From sequence record OW967251.1: DNA of 64,000 nt; one strand, written 5' to 3'. The notes below the pieces were generated by a model. It saw only the letters and a list, made by a program, of their open reading frames with translations, was not told where the DNA came from and did not search any database. Source of the DNA: a plasmid. Shown one piece after another: positions 11,194 through 21,767 of this stretch; within the stretch, counting starts at the first letter, position 1; each line of letters starts with the position of its first letter. The position numbers and the translations under genes are program-made.

Positions 11194-13197
11194 TTAACGA
11201 ACGAGGTGCAGGAAGTGCAGATGTTTTTCGTACTGGTCCAGTATGTCATTAATCAGCTGCTCCTGGTTCCAGCCCATCACATCATAATTTTGACCGCCTT
11301 CTTTGAGATATACCTCAGCGCGATAATATCTATGTTGTTCAGTCTGCTGCTCATTATTATCCATCGCGGCGAGCGCGAAGGTCGGTGAGCTATACCCGCG
11401 AAGCCTCACTTCATATATAAAATTCAGCTCGTTACCCAAATCGACTTCAAGACGAATACGATCCTCGACTGCGTCACTGATGTGGCTTATCGTCCCCTGC
11501 TTGTTCAGCTCTTCCTGAACCAGCGTCATGGCGGGCTGGATGACGTCGTCCATAAAACGTTTCACAAGAGATCGCTTCGGCAGATACGCGATATTGCGTA
11601 ACCTTCTCTGCCAGGGAATTGGGTTACGTGCAGCCGTAGGAGCAATTGTCGCCATGCTCAGGCTTTCACGCTTGGTCAAATCCCGGCGCAAAGCTTTTAA
11701 AAGTCCGTATATGGATATCAGTAAGATCACTGAGAAAGGCAATGCACTCGCTATTGTCACTGTTTGCAGCGCACTTAGCCCTCCGGCAAGGAGAAGCGCA
11801 ATTGCGACAATGCCCATGAGCGAGGCCCAAAATATTCGCTGCCAGACGGGTGTGTTTGCCACTCCACCTGTTGCCAGAGTATCAACTACCATTGCCCCCG
11901 AGTCAGCAGACGTGACAAAGAAGACGATGACCATCGCCATTGCGATGAATGACAGCACGGAAGAGAACGGGAAATGCTCCAGGAAATTAAACAGGGCCAG
12001 CGCCACATCCTGCTGAACAGTATTGGCGAGGTCTGTGGCCCCCTGGTTCATAATGAGATAGATCGCGCTGTTACCAAACACTGTCATCCACATTAGCGTA
12101 AAACCCGCGGGAACAAACAGCACGCCGGTGACAAACTCGCGAATGGTTCGCCCGCGGGAGACCCGTGCGATGAACATCCCCACAAACGGCGACCATGAAA
12201 GCCACCATCCCCAGTACAGTAATGTCCAGCCCCCCAGCCATTTGCTCGACTTAGGCTCATACGCGTAAAGGTTGAACGTTTTACTCACCAGTTCCGAAAG
12301 ATAACCGCCCGTATTTTCCACAAATGACTTCAGCAGAAGCACGGTTGGTCCCAGACACAGGACCAGCGCCAGGAGCAACAACGCCAGACCCAGATTGAGC
12401 TCAGACAGGATACGTATTCCCTTATCCAGGCCGGACACCACTGAAATCGTCGCTAACCCCGTGATGACCACGATCAGAATAACCTGCACCGTTTCATTGA
12501 TGGGCACCCCGAAAAGATGGTTCAAACCGGCATTCACCTGCAAAACGCCGTAACCCAGCGATGTCGCGACGCCAAAGACCGTGCCTATAACAGCGAAAAT
12601 ATCAACCGCATGGCCTACAGGCCCGTATATGCGATCGCCAATAATGGGATAGAGTGCGGAGCGCAGAGTTAAAGGCAGACCGTGACGGTAACTGAAGAAC
12701 GCCAGAATCAGCGCCACAATGGCATAAATTGCCCATGCGTGCAGTCCCCAGTGGAAGAAGGTCAGACGCATTGCTTCCTTGGCTGCCGCAACGGTTTCTG
12801 GCGTGCCAACGGGAGGCGAAAGATAATGCATTACAGGTTCGGCAACGCCAAAGAACATCAGGCCGATCCCCATCCCTGCCGAAAAAAGCATCGCAAACCA
12901 GGAATGGTAGCTGAAATCAGGCTGCGCATGGTCCGGGCCCAGCTTGATATCACCGTAGCGTGAGAGTCCAAGGAACGTGACACTTAGTAAAATCAGGGCC
13001 ACAGCAAGGATGTAGAACCAGCTGGCATTCGTGAAGATTTGTTGCTGTAGTAGTTTAAAATTTTTGTCGGCGACATCCGGGAATACGGCGGCAAAGGCGA
13101 CAAGAAGGAAAATTAGCAAAGCAGATGTAAAGAATACCGCTTTGTTAATCTGGCTTGTAGACTTCTTCGGGATTGTATCATTATCACTCATAATCAT
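11194..13197 (-). CDS. betT: BCCT-family betaine/choline/carnitine transporter (BetT-like)
   Basis: 667-aa 12-TM protein with BCCT signature (GIGLMFFGVAEP, WTLLYWGWW). Confidence 0.85.
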   Translation of the reverse strand: MIMSDNDTIPKKSTSQINKAVFFTSALLIFLLVAFAAVFPDVADKNFKLLQQQIFTNASWFYILAVALILLSVTFLGLSRYGDIKLGPDHAQPDFSYHSWFAMLFSAGMGIGLMFFGVAEPVMHYLSPPVGTPETVAAAKEAMRLTFFHWGLHAWAIYAIVALILAFFSYRHGLPLTLRSALYPIIGDRIYGPVGHAVDIFAVIGTVFGVATSLGYGVLQVNAGLNHLFGVPINETVQVILIVVITGLATISVVSGLDKGIRILSELNLGLALLLLALVLCLGPTVLLLKSFVENTGGYLSELVSKTFNLYAYEPKSSKWLGGWTLLYWGWWLSWSPFVGMFIARVSRGRTIREFVTGVLFVPAGFTLMWMTVFGNSAIYLIMNQGATDLANTVQQDVALALFNFLEHFPFSSVLSFIAMAMVIVFFVTSADSGAMVVDTLATGGVANTPVWQRIFWASLMGIVAIALLLAGGLSALQTVTIASALPFSVILLISIYGLLKALRRDLTKRESLSMATIAPTAARNPIPWQRRLRNIAYLPKRSLVKRFMDDVIQPAMTLVQEELNKQGTISHISDAVEDRIRLEVDLGNELNFIYEVRLRGYSSPTFALAAMDNNEQQTEQHRYYRAEVYLKEGGQNYDVMGWNQEQLINDILDQYEKHLHFLHLVR

Positions 13198-13342
13198 TTA
13201 TTCCATTAATTAAATCCGCACTGGATAGACGGTACTACCTTTCACAGAGTAGCAAAGTTCAACTGGCTATGCGGCGTTAATCGGAACGCATGGTGTAATG
13301 AGTTCCGATACAAATCATCCGATATTCGGTAATGACTCCAAC

Positions 13343-13846
13343 TTACTGATAGTGTTTTATGTTCAGATAATGCCCGATGACCTTGTCATACAGCTCCACC
13401 GATTTTGAGAACGACAGTGACTTCCGTCCCAGCCTTGCCAGATGTTGTCGCAGATTCAGGTTATGTCGCTCAATGCGCTGAGTGTAACGCTTGCTGATAA
13501 CGTGCAGCTTTCCCTTCAGGCGGGATTCATACAGCGGCCAGCCATCCGTCATCCATACCACGACCTCAAAGGCCGACAGCAGGCTCAGAAGACGCTCCAG
13601 TGTGGCCAGAGTGCGTTCACCGAAGACGTGCGCCACAACCGTCCTCCGTATCCTGTCATACGCGTAAAACAGCCAGCGCTGACGTGATTTAGCACCGACG
13701 TAGCCCCACTGTTCGTCCATTTCAGCGCAGACAATCACATCACTGCCCGGTTGTATGCGCGAGGTTACCGACTGCGGCCTGAGTTTTTTAAGTGACGTAA
13801 AACCGTGTTGAGGCCAACGCCCATAATGCGTGCACTGGCGCGACAT
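13343..13846 (-). CDS. insB: IS1 InsB
   Basis: 167-aa ...[28 protein letters not shown]... canonical InsB. Confidence 0.9.
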   Translation of the reverse strand: MSRQCTHYGRWPQHGFTSLKKLRPQSVTSRIQPGSDVIVCAEMDEQWGYVGAKSRQRWLFYAYDRIRRTVVAHVFGERTLATLERLLSLLSAFEVVVWMTDGWPLYESRLKGKLHVISKRYTQRIERHNLNLRQHLARLGRKSLSFSKSVELYDKVIGHYLNIKHYQ

Positions 13847-14040
13847 CCGACGCCATTCATGGCCATATCAATGATTTTCTGGTGCGTACCGGGCTGAGAG
13901 GCGGTGTAAGTGAACTGTAGTTGCCATGTTTTACGGCAATGAGAGCAGAGATAGCGCTGATGTCCGGCAGTGCTTTTGCCGTTACGCACCACGCCTTCAG
14001 TAGCGGAGCAGGAAGGACATCTGATGGAAATGGAAGCCAC
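13765..14040 (-). CDS. insA: IS1 InsA
   Basis: 91-aa [43 protein letters not shown]. Confidence 0.9.
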   Translation of the reverse strand: MASISIRCPSCSATEGVVRNGKSTAGHQRYLCSHCRKTWQLQFTYTASQPGTHQKIIDMAMNGVGCRASARIMGVGLNTVLRHLKNSGRSR

Positions 14041-14230
14041 GCAAGCACCTTAAAATCACCATCATACACTAAATCAGTAAGTTGGCAGCATTACCAATCA
14101 TCTGTTCTCCAATGACTGGTCTAAAAACTAGTATTAAGACTATCACTTATTTAAGTGATATTGGTTGTCTGGAGATTCAGGGGGCCAGTCTAGTGATCTT
14201 GACCCTCCATCTCCGAACAGCTTTTGTATC

Positions 14231-15112
14231 TTAAGTTAACGATGTCCGCTGCCGCCGGTATTCCCTCGGGGAGTGATATCCCAGCGCGCTGTGCGGGTGG
14301 TTTTCATTGTAATGCGTGAACGCTACTGCAAGGTTTCGCAGTGCTGTTCTCACATCCGGTTTTGGCATGAACGCGATATAGTCTTCTTTCATCGTTTTCA
14401 CGAACCGTTCGGCCATGCCATTACTCTGCGGGCTGCTCACCGCTGTTGTGCAGGGCTCCAGATTCAGCTCTCTCGCGAACCTCCACGTTTCATACGCGGT
14501 ATACGCTGAACCGTTGTCCGTCAGCCACTGCACCGCTGTATCGGGCAACCTGTCGCCGAAGCGCTTTTCCACCGACCTCAGCATCACATCCTGCACGGTT
14601 GAACTGTCATAGCCTCCCGTGCTTGCTGCCCAGTCTATGGCCTCACGGTCGCAGCAGTCCAGCGCGAACGTTACCCGCAGTTTTTCGCCGTTGTCGCAGC
14701 CGAACTCGAAGCCATCTGAACACCAGCGCATATCGCTTTCTGCCACCGCTATCTTGCCCTTATGTTCACGCTTCGGTCGCTCTGGTTTGTCATGCAACAA
14801 CAACAGGTTATGCTCGCTCATTATCCTGTAGAGCCGTTTGGCGTTCACAGGTGGCTGTCCCTCTGTGCGACGTTGCTTGCGCAGGATGCCCCACACGCGT
14901 CGATAACCATAACTCGGCATATCGCTGATGATGTCGAGGATAGCCGACAGTATTTCTTCGTCTGCTTCGTCATTACGCCGGTTACAGCGCTTGTCCTGCC
15001 AGTCGGCAGAACGGTTAATCCGCAGTGACAGCTGCGCACGCGACACGCCCATGGTGCGGCTGACCAGGGCTATTCCCCGTCCTTTGGCAACAAGGGCGCG
15101 TGCGCTATCCAT
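14231..15112 (-). CDS. IS2-group OrfB (DDE integrase core)
   Basis: [19 protein letters not shown]...[29 protein letters not shown]...HSALGY resembles IS2 InsD. It overlaps orfA in the typical frameshift window. Confidence 0.8.
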   Translation of the reverse strand: MDSARALVAKGRGIALVSRTMGVSRAQLSLRINRSADWQDKRCNRRNDEADEEILSAILDIISDMPSYGYRRVWGILRKQRRTEGQPPVNAKRLYRIMSEHNLLLLHDKPERPKREHKGKIAVAESDMRWCSDGFEFGCDNGEKLRVTFALDCCDREAIDWAASTGGYDSSTVQDVMLRSVEKRFGDRLPDTAVQWLTDNGSAYTAYETWRFARELNLEPCTTAVSSPQSNGMAERFVKTMKEDYIAFMPKPDVRTALRNLAVAFTHYNENHPHSALGYHSPREYRRQRTSLT

Positions 15113-15465
15113 TTTCGCGACTGGCCGTACTCCACGGCTTCTTTCAGGATCTCAACTTCCATCGTCTTCTTGCCCAGAAGGCGCTGAAGTTCCCGGACCT
15201 GCTTCAGAGCAGCAGTAAGCTCAGAAGCAGGAACGACTTCCTCTCCGGCCGCAACGGCGGTGAGGCTGCCTTCCTGATATTGCTTCTTCCACTTAAACAG
15301 CAGGCTGGGCTGGATACCATGCAGGCGGGCGACATGGGAGACATTCATGCCCGGCTCCATCGTCTGCTGGATAATGGCGATCTTCTCCTGAGGAGTTTTA
15401 CGTTTACGGGCTTCTTGCCCTAACAGGATCCCGGTCATCTCAAAATTGGCGTTAGTGTTAGACAT
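15070..15465 (-). CDS. IS2-group OrfA (HTH)
   Basis: ...[58 protein letters not shown]... resembles IS2 InsC. Confidence 0.8.
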   Translation of the reverse strand: MSNTNANFEMTGILLGQEARKRKTPQEKIAIIQQTMEPGMNVSHVARLHGIQPSLLFKWKKQYQEGSLTAVAAGEEVVPASELTAALKQVRELQRLLGKKTMEVEILKEAVEYGQSRKWIAHAPLLPKDGE

Positions 15466-15523
15466 ATATTCAAGCCTATCTCTTATCTGGAGATACAGCT
15501 ACTGTCCGGTGTTTCAGGGGGCT

Positions 15524-16037
15524 ACATCATTATGGGCGTTGGCCTCAACACGGTTTTACGTCACTTAAAAAACTCAGGCCGCAGTCGGTAACCTCGCGCA
15601 TACAACCGGGCAGTGATGTGATTGTCTGCGCTGAAATGGACGAACAGTGGGGCTACGTCGGTGCTAAATCACGTCAGCGCTGGCTGTTTTACGCGTATGA
15701 CAGGATACGGAGGACGGTTGTGGCGCACGTCTTCGGTGAACGCACTCTGGCCACACTGGAGCGTCTTCTGAGCCTGCTGTCGGCCTTTGAGGTCGTGGTA
15801 TGGATGACGGATGGCTGGCCGCTGTATGAATCCCGCCTGAAGGGAAAGCTGCACGTTAACAGCAAGCGTTACACTCAGCGCATTGAGCGACATAACCTGA
15901 ATCTGCGACAACATCTGGCAAGGCTGGGACGGAAGTCACTGTCGTTCTCAAAATCGGTGGAGCTGCATGACAAGGTCATCGGGCATTATCTGAACATAAA
16001 ACACTATCAGTAAGTTGGGGTCATTACCCAGGCACAG
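15524..16037 (+). mobile_element. Partial IS1, 5'-truncated (missing about 250 bp)
   Basis: Sequence from the internal IS1 site CATTATGGGCGTTGGCCTCAAC to the terminal IR ...GTTGGGGTCATTACC ending 16037. The IS2-like element abuts its truncation point. Confidence 0.8.
15618..16013 (+). CDS. insB: IS1 InsB from the truncated copy
   Basis: 131-aa ORF identical in pattern to InsB residues 37-167. Confidence 0.7.
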   Translation: MIVCAEMDEQWGYVGAKSRQRWLFYAYDRIRRTVVAHVFGERTLATLERLLSLLSAFEVVVWMTDGWPLYESRLKGKLHVNSKRYTQRIERHNLNLRQHLARLGRKSLSFSKSVELHDKVIGHYLNIKHYQ

Positions 16038-16571
16038 TTAAGCAAAGAAGATCGCATTTACGTCAAAAAGTCCATTCGCTGGCTTACCCTGAAGCGACCC
16101 GGCAACCTGACGCCCGCAGAGCAAAAGGCGCTGGAGGTTGTAAAGCAGGCGATCCCAGCACTTGCCATGGCCTATGACTTCAAGGAAGCCTTCTTCTGCA
16201 TCTACGACGAACCCGACAAGCAGAGTGCTCAGAACGCCTTTGAGGCTTGGAAGAACAGCCTGCCGCCTTATGGCATGGAGCCTTTCAAAAAACTGGTAAA
16301 AACGGTACACAACCATTACGACGACATCTTTGCCTACTGGGATGCGCCGTTCTCACTCACCAATGGCTATACCGAAGGGCTCAACGGTTTGATCAAGATG
16401 TCCAACCGGTTAGGTCGGGGTTATAGCTATGAGATCATCCGTGCAAAGACGTTGTACTCCAAAGAAGCCCGCAAGGTTGGCAGTGGTATTCGAGCAGGAC
16501 GAGGCAAGGTCGAGTATGGACCGCACATTCCGACATTGTTGAAGCAGGCAGAAGGTGGAGAGTTGGATTAA
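16038..16571 (+). pseudogene. ISL3-family transposase C-terminal fragment, N-terminus removed by the IS1 insertion
   Basis: Frame is open from the IS1 end: ...IRWLTLKRPGNLTPAEQKALEVVKQAIPALAMAYDFKEAF...TNGYTEGLNGLIKMSNRLGRGYSYEIIRAKTLY, typical ISL3 C-terminus. Confidence 0.7.
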
Positions 16572-16774
16572 CGCGAGAGAGGGCGCGTCTGAGAATCCAA
16601 CCAATGTTAGATTTTCGCAGGGTGGTGAAAAACAGAAAAATCCAACCAGAAGCAGCTTTTTGTCCGACTAAGAATCAAGGGTTAGAATGGATGAATTCCA
16701 ACCCTAGAATGCAAATAGCCCATATAATAATTCCTTTCAGACAGGTACCGGTTAAGTGTAGCTGAGTCAGACAA

Positions 16775-16808
16775 AAAAGCCCCCTGACGGGGGGCAAAAA
16801 TGTAGCAA
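16775..16808 (-). terminator. Rho-independent terminator downstream of silE
   Basis: Minus-strand stem GCCCCCCGTCAGGGGGC followed by TTTTTTG. Confidence 0.5.
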
Positions 16809-16866
16809 CGTTGTTTCAGGAAAATCTATCAGGGAAAAGGTAACAGCACGGATACTACCGTCGCAT

Positions 16867-17298
16867 TCAGCCTGCATTGATCATGCGGCGGTGCGCTTCG
16901 GCCATGGCCTGATGTGGGCCGGATTGCCCGTTATTCATGAATTCATGAGCAACCGCTGCTCTTTCATGCTCATTCATCGCCGCGTAAGACGTTGACGGGA
17001 CGGTCGTGGATACCGTGTTATTTCCCATCATCTTCTGATGACTTTCCACCATTTTCTGGTGAGCATCCGCCGAGCCGTTCGTCATGGTTTCATGAGCAAT
17101 AATGGCCTGTTCATGCTGGTCCATACCGGTCATACGAGGAGCAGTCCCCTGGATCCCGACAGGAGCCTCAGCAGACTGCATCTGGTGAGCAGGAGCCTGT
17201 GCATTGTTGACGCGATCATGGATATTCACGGTTTCAGTGGCCCAGGCCGATGAAATTAAACCAAAGCCCAGCAAAGATGCTAATACGATATTTTTCAT
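16867..17298 (-). CDS. silE: Periplasmic silver-binding protein SilE
   Basis: 143-aa MKNIVLASLLGFGLISSAWA signal peptide, then His/Met-rich repeats (AHQMQS, MNEHERAAVAHEF). RBS AGGAGG precedes the ATG at 17298. Confidence 0.9.
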   Translation of the reverse strand: MKNIVLASLLGFGLISSAWATETVNIHDRVNNAQAPAHQMQSAEAPVGIQGTAPRMTGMDQHEQAIIAHETMTNGSADAHQKMVESHQKMMGNNTVSTTVPSTSYAAMNEHERAAVAHEFMNNGQSGPHQAMAEAHRRMINAG

Positions 17299-17516
17299 GA
17301 TAACTCTCCATTTCTGAATTAGTGATGTCCGGGGAAGTACAACCGGTGTTTTCAGTTCCATAACTGAAACAAGTTCGGCAGCGTTTATTTCTCCGGAAGA
17401 GGGCTGGATATTCATTTCCTGGCGTACTCTGACGCCGGGTATTGATGAAGCAATCCAGCCTTCCTGATAAGTTGCACTAATTATATCGAATGGCTTCTGT
17501 TTGCTGCATGACAGGC

Positions 17517-17537
17517 TAATGACATCTTTGTCATTTA
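17517..17537. promoter_or_regulatory. SilR/CusR-type cop box upstream of silE
   Basis: Palindrome ATGACATCTTTGTCAT at 17519-17534. Confidence 0.55.
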
Positions 17538-17548
17538 CATCTTTATTT

Positions 17549-19024
17549 TCAGCATTGGGTTTCCGGGATCATTTTCTCCAGTCTGGGCACGGATAAGATA
17601 AAACGCGTGGAGCGTACGTCTGATTCCACCTGCACTCTTCCGTGATGTGCTTCCACGATTGACTTCACAATCGCAAGGCCGATGCCGCTGCCTTCTCCTT
17701 TTCGTTGTCTGGATGGATCCACCCGATAAAAACGGTCAAACAGCCTTGATAAATGTTCTTCAGGGATCGGTTTCCCCGGATTTTCAATCACAAGGTCAAA
17801 AAAGCTCTCCTGCTCTCTTATTGAGACGGTGATTGCCTGTCCCTCCGGGGTATAACGCAGGGCATTGGATAACAGATTATTGATCGCCCTTCTGAACATT
17901 TGTGGATCTCCCTCAACCAGGCAGGGCATCCCGTTAAATTTGAGCGTGATATTGCGTTCTTCGGCCCAGGCTTCGAAAAACTCGAAGACTTTCATGACTT
18001 CCGCTCTGAGGTCAAACATGACCCTGTCAGGTATCAGCTGATTATTATCTGCCTGTGCCAGGAACAGCATATCGCTGACCATTTTGGTCATCCGGTTATA
18101 CTCTTCAAGACTGGAATAGAGGACATCCTCAAGTTCCCTCTGTGTTCGATCCTGACTCAGTGCGATTTCAGTCTGCGTCACCAGATTGGTGATGGGCGTT
18201 CTGATCTCATGCGCGATATCGGCAGAGAAATTGGCCTGGCGGGTAAAGACATCCTCAATCTTTCCAATCATATGATTGAACGAGATAACCAGTTGCTCCA
18301 GCTCAATGGGAACGCGTGTCGGTTCCAGTCGCGCATCAAGATTCTCGGAGGTGATGTTTTTAATGGCATTGCTGACATTACGAAGGGGCAGGTGCCCCTG
18401 ACGGACAGCGATTCGAATGATCAGAACAATCAACAGGCTTATCACGACGGCAATCGCAATCAGGTTCTTTTTCAGCGCATCGAGGTAATGGAGATGGAAA
18501 TTAATGGATAGGCCAGTCAGCATGACATAGTTCTGCTGTTTGCCCTGAAATATCGCCTGACCAGAGGAGGCGATAATCCTGTATGTTTCCATCTTCATTT
18601 CGGACCCGGTATCCATCGGTCCCGCAGGATCCTCCACCGTCCAGAGAAAGACATCCCGTGCGCGGCTGTGCTCGCTAAAATCTGCTGAATTCACTGCCGG
18701 GCGTAGTGCCGCCCCCTGAGCTGAGCTAAAGAGCACTTCACCCCTGGGATTGAGGAGCAAAAGGGCAACGTTGCGGTAGCTGGCAATTGATTCCTTTATT
18801 TTGCTTACTTTTTTTTCATCCGGATCTGCCGGGGACTGGAGTATACGGCTCAGTGTGGTGCTGATTTGTTGCAGATCGCTGACATCCTGCTCGGCAAAAT
18901 GCTTTTCAACAGAATGCAGCATAAACCAGGTGAAGGCGATAAACGCCAGTATTGTGGACAGGCTGATAAAAAAGGTCAGCCGCAGAGCGAGTGAGAAAGG
19001 TCGTCTGGACGGTTTGCTATGCAT
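17549..19024 (-). CDS. silS: Two-component sensor histidine kinase SilS
   Basis: 491 aa with two TMs, a HAMP region and HisKA H-box [10 protein letters not shown]. Its start overlaps the silR stop. Confidence 0.9.
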   Translation of the reverse strand: MHSKPSRRPFSLALRLTFFISLSTILAFIAFTWFMLHSVEKHFAEQDVSDLQQISTTLSRILQSPADPDEKKVSKIKESIASYRNVALLLLNPRGEVLFSSAQGAALRPAVNSADFSEHSRARDVFLWTVEDPAGPMDTGSEMKMETYRIIASSGQAIFQGKQQNYVMLTGLSINFHLHYLDALKKNLIAIAVVISLLIVLIIRIAVRQGHLPLRNVSNAIKNITSENLDARLEPTRVPIELEQLVISFNHMIGKIEDVFTRQANFSADIAHEIRTPITNLVTQTEIALSQDRTQRELEDVLYSSLEEYNRMTKMVSDMLFLAQADNNQLIPDRVMFDLRAEVMKVFEFFEAWAEERNITLKFNGMPCLVEGDPQMFRRAINNLLSNALRYTPEGQAITVSIREQESFFDLVIENPGKPIPEEHLSRLFDRFYRVDPSRQRKGEGSGIGLAIVKSIVEAHHGRVQVESDVRSTRFILSVPRLEKMIPETQC

Positions 19025-19697
19025 CCGGGATCTCCAGCATGTAGCCCACGCCCCGCACTGTCTGGATCAGTTTTGTCCCGTAATCGTTGTCTATTTTAGC
19101 GCGGAGTCGCTTTACTGCGACATCAATCGCGTTAGTGTCGCTGTCAAAATTCATGTCCCAGACCTGAGAGGCAATCAGGGAGCGGGGAAGAACTTCTCCC
19201 TGATGGCGAATGAAGAATTCCAGCAAGCTGAACTCTTTACTGGTGAGCACAATGCGGTTCCCGGCGCGGCTGACTTTTCTGGATACGAGATCAACCGAGA
19301 GGTCAGCCACTTTAAGCTGGCTTTCCGTGATCATCGTGTTTCCCCGCCTGAGGAGGGTTCTTACCCGGGCGAGCAGTTCAGCAAACGCAAAGGGCTTCAC
19401 CAGATAATCGTCCGCACCCAGCTCAAGTCCTTTGACCCTGTGTTCAATCGTGCCAAGGGCCGTCAGCAGTAATACCGGCATCCCCTTTCCGGCACTGCGC
19501 AGCATACGGATGATATCCCAGCCGTTTACATCAGGCAGCATGATATCCAGGATGACTAAATCATACTCGGCTGTCATGGCAAGATGATATCCGGTCAGAC
19601 CATTATCAGCGTGATCCACGACGAACCCCGCCTCTGTCAGCCCCTTGCTGAGATATTCACCTGTTTTAATTTCGTCTTCAACGATTAATATTTTCAT
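19017..19697 (-). CDS. silR: Response regulator SilR (OmpR family)
   Basis: [16 protein letters not shown]... receiver domain plus winged-helix domain. Confidence 0.9.
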   Translation of the reverse strand: MKILIVEDEIKTGEYLSKGLTEAGFVVDHADNGLTGYHLAMTAEYDLVILDIMLPDVNGWDIIRMLRSAGKGMPVLLLTALGTIEHRVKGLELGADDYLVKPFAFAELLARVRTLLRRGNTMITESQLKVADLSVDLVSRKVSRAGNRIVLTSKEFSLLEFFIRHQGEVLPRSLIASQVWDMNFDSDTNAIDVAVKRLRAKIDNDYGTKLIQTVRGVGYMLEIPDA

Positions 19698-19763
19698 CAT
19701 GCTCCCCGGCTGGCTGCTAATGTCATTTTATTGCGCCCACGATCGTTATCAACGGATTACAGC

Positions 19764-19786
19764 AAAAATGACAACATTGTCATTAT
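19764..19786. promoter_or_regulatory. Cop box (SilR/CusR box) in the silR-silC divergent promoter region
   Basis: AAAAATGACAACATTGTCATTAT matches the CusR box AAAATGACAANNTTGTCATTTT. Confidence 0.6.
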
Positions 19787-19886
19787 CCTGTCACCCGGCA
19801 AACAGAGAGCGTTCGGTAAAGTATCCCTATCAATACTCTGGATTTCGTTTGAACCATTTACCAGGTCTGCCTGTACGAGAAGCGTT

Positions 19887-21272
19887 ATGTTCAAATTAAA
19901 ATTACTCAGCATCAGTACCATATTCATCCTGGCTGGTTGTGTTTCTCTGGCACCTGAATATCAGCGTCCGCCAGCTCCGGTTCCCCAGCAGTTTTCATTG
20001 TCTAAAAACAGTCTGACGCCTGCGGTAAACAGCTATCAGGATACGGGCTGGCGAAACTTTTTTGTCGATCCCCAGGTCAGCAGGCTGATCGGTGAAGCCC
20101 TGAATAATAACCGTGATTTGAGAATGGCTGCCCTGAAGGTTGAAGAGGCCCGGGCCCAGTTCAACGTCACGGATGCAGATCGTTATCCCCAACTGAATGC
20201 CTCATCCGGGATCACATACAACGGTGGTCTGAAAGGTGACAAGCCGACCACACAGGAGTACGACGCGGGTCTGGAGCTCAGCTATGAGCTCGATTTTTTT
20301 GGCAAACTTAAGAACATGAGTGAGGCTGATCGCCAGAACTACTTTGCCAGCGAAGAAGCCCGTCGTGCCGTACACATCCTGCTGGTCTCCAACGTTTCAC
20401 AGAGCTATTTCAGCCAGCAACTGGCGTACGAACAACTCCGTATTGCGCGGGAAACGCTGAAAAATTATGAACAGTCCTATGCTTTCGTTGAGCAACAGCT
20501 CGTGACCGGGAGTACGAACGTTCTGGCACTTGAACAGGCGAGAGGACAAATCGAAAGTACCCGCGCCGAAATAGCCAAACGAGAAGGCGATCTGGCTCAG
20601 GCAAACAATGCCCTGCAACTGGTGCTGGGAACGTACCGCGCACTTCCGTCAGAAAAAGGGATGAAAGGCGGGGAGATCGCACCAGTAAAATTGCCACCAA
20701 ATCTATCTTCACAAATTTTGCTGCAGCGACCGGATATTATGGAAGCGGAATATCAGCTGAAAGCGGCTGATGCCAATATTGGCGCAGCGCGAGCGGCCTT
20801 TTTCCCCTCCATTACCCTGACCAGTGGTCTTTCCGCAAGCAGTACGGAGCTGTCAAGCCTGTTTACGTCAGGAAGTGGAATGTGGAATTTTATCCCTAAA
20901 ATTGAAATTCCTATTTTTAATGCTGGCAGGAATAAAGCCAATCTGAAGCTGGCTGAAATTCGCCAGCAACAATCGGTGGTTAATTACGAACAAAAAATTC
21001 AGTCAGCCTTTAAGGATGTTTCCGACACGCTTGCGCTGCGCGACAGTCTTAGCCAGCAACTTGAGTCACAGCAGCGTTATCTTGATTCACTTCAGATAAC
21101 TCTCCAGCGTGCCAGAGGATTATATGCAAGTGGTGCTGTCAGTTACATCGAAGTGCTGGATGCAGAACGTTCCCTCTTCGCTACGCAGCAAACCATTCTC
21201 GATCTTACCTATTCCCGACAGGTTAACGAAATTAATCTGTTTACCGCGCTGGGTGGCGGTTGGGTAGAGTAA
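19887..21272 (+). CDS. silC: Outer-membrane factor SilC (CusC-like)
   Basis: 461-aa MFKLKLLSISTIFILAGC lipoprotein signal, OMF family. The ORF-track upstream extension to 19731 was rejected. Confidence 0.9.
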   Translation: MFKLKLLSISTIFILAGCVSLAPEYQRPPAPVPQQFSLSKNSLTPAVNSYQDTGWRNFFVDPQVSRLIGEALNNNRDLRMAALKVEEARAQFNVTDADRYPQLNASSGITYNGGLKGDKPTTQEYDAGLELSYELDFFGKLKNMSEADRQNYFASEEARRAVHILLVSNVSQSYFSQQLAYEQLRIARETLKNYEQSYAFVEQQLVTGSTNVLALEQARGQIESTRAEIAKREGDLAQANNALQLVLGTYRALPSEKGMKGGEIAPVKLPPNLSSQILLQRPDIMEAEYQLKAADANIGAARAAFFPSITLTSGLSASSTELSSLFTSGSGMWNFIPKIEIPIFNAGRNKANLKLAEIRQQQSVVNYEQKIQSAFKDVSDTLALRDSLSQQLESQQRYLDSLQITLQRARGLYASGAVSYIEVLDAERSLFATQQTILDLTYSRQVNEINLFTALGGGWVE

Positions 21273-21300
21273 ATTTATTTAATTAATCAGGAAATTAAAA

Positions 21301-21654
21301 ATGCGTAATTCACTTAAAGCCGTTTTATTTGGTGCCTTCTCTGTCATGTTTTCTGCCGGTCTTCATGCTGAAACACATCAGCATGGCGATATGAATGCTG
21401 CCAGTGATGCTTCGGTACAGCAGGTTATCAAGGGCACCGGTGTCGTTAAAGACATTGATATGAATAGTAAAAAGATTACCATTTCGCACGAAGCAATCCC
21501 TGCTGTGGGCTGGCCTGCAATGACCATGCGCTTCACTTTTGTTAATGCAGACGACGCTATCAATGCCCTGAAAACCGGCAACCATGTCGATTTCTCGTTT
21601 ATTCAGCAGGGCAATATCTCCTTACTCAAAAGCATTAACGTTACGCAATCCTGA
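21301..21654 (+). CDS. silF: Periplasmic Ag/Cu chaperone SilF (CusF-like)
   Basis: 117 aa with signal peptide and CusF-like metal-binding residues (H...M.M). Confidence 0.9.
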   Translation: MRNSLKAVLFGAFSVMFSAGLHAETHQHGDMNAASDASVQQVIKGTGVVKDIDMNSKKITISHEAIPAVGWPAMTMRFTFVNADDAINALKTGNHVDFSFIQQGNISLLKSINVTQS

Positions 21655-21767
21655 TTATCAGTCCGGAGCGAATACATCCAGTGCGCCTGAACATTCATTA
21701 AGGGATTACTGTGAATGAATGATCGGGCGCATATGCCAGGTGTTTTGATTTTTCAGCGAGAAATTGT

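Larger units (their letters stand above)
13328..14095 (-). mobile_element. IS1, complete (768 bp)
   Basis: Terminal IRs GGTAATGACTCCAACTTACTGATAG at 13328 and its inverse ending 14095; insA and insB are present. Confidence 0.9.
14192..15523 (-). mobile_element. IS3-family, IS2-group insertion sequence (about 1.33 kb)
   Basis: OrfA and OrfB are homologous to IS2 InsC/InsD. Imperfect terminal IRs: GTGATCTTGACCCTCCATCTCCGAACAGC at the low end and ACTGTCCGGTGTTTCAGGGGGCTACATCA at the high end. Confidence 0.7.

Noticed and set aside
14273-15423. Multiple plus-strand ORFs inside the IS2-like element (14446-14928, 14928-15218 and others)
   Set aside because: Antisense to the well-supported orfA/orfB transposase genes.
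17299-17415. N-terminal extension of silE to 17415
   Set aside because: The signal peptide begins at MKNIVL with an AGGAGG RBS, and the extension covers the SilR-box promoter region.
19731-19886. ORF-track start of silC at 19731 (513 aa)
   Set aside because: The SilC lipoprotein signal begins at MFKLKLL (19887). The upstream extension overlaps the silR-silC promoter and cop box.
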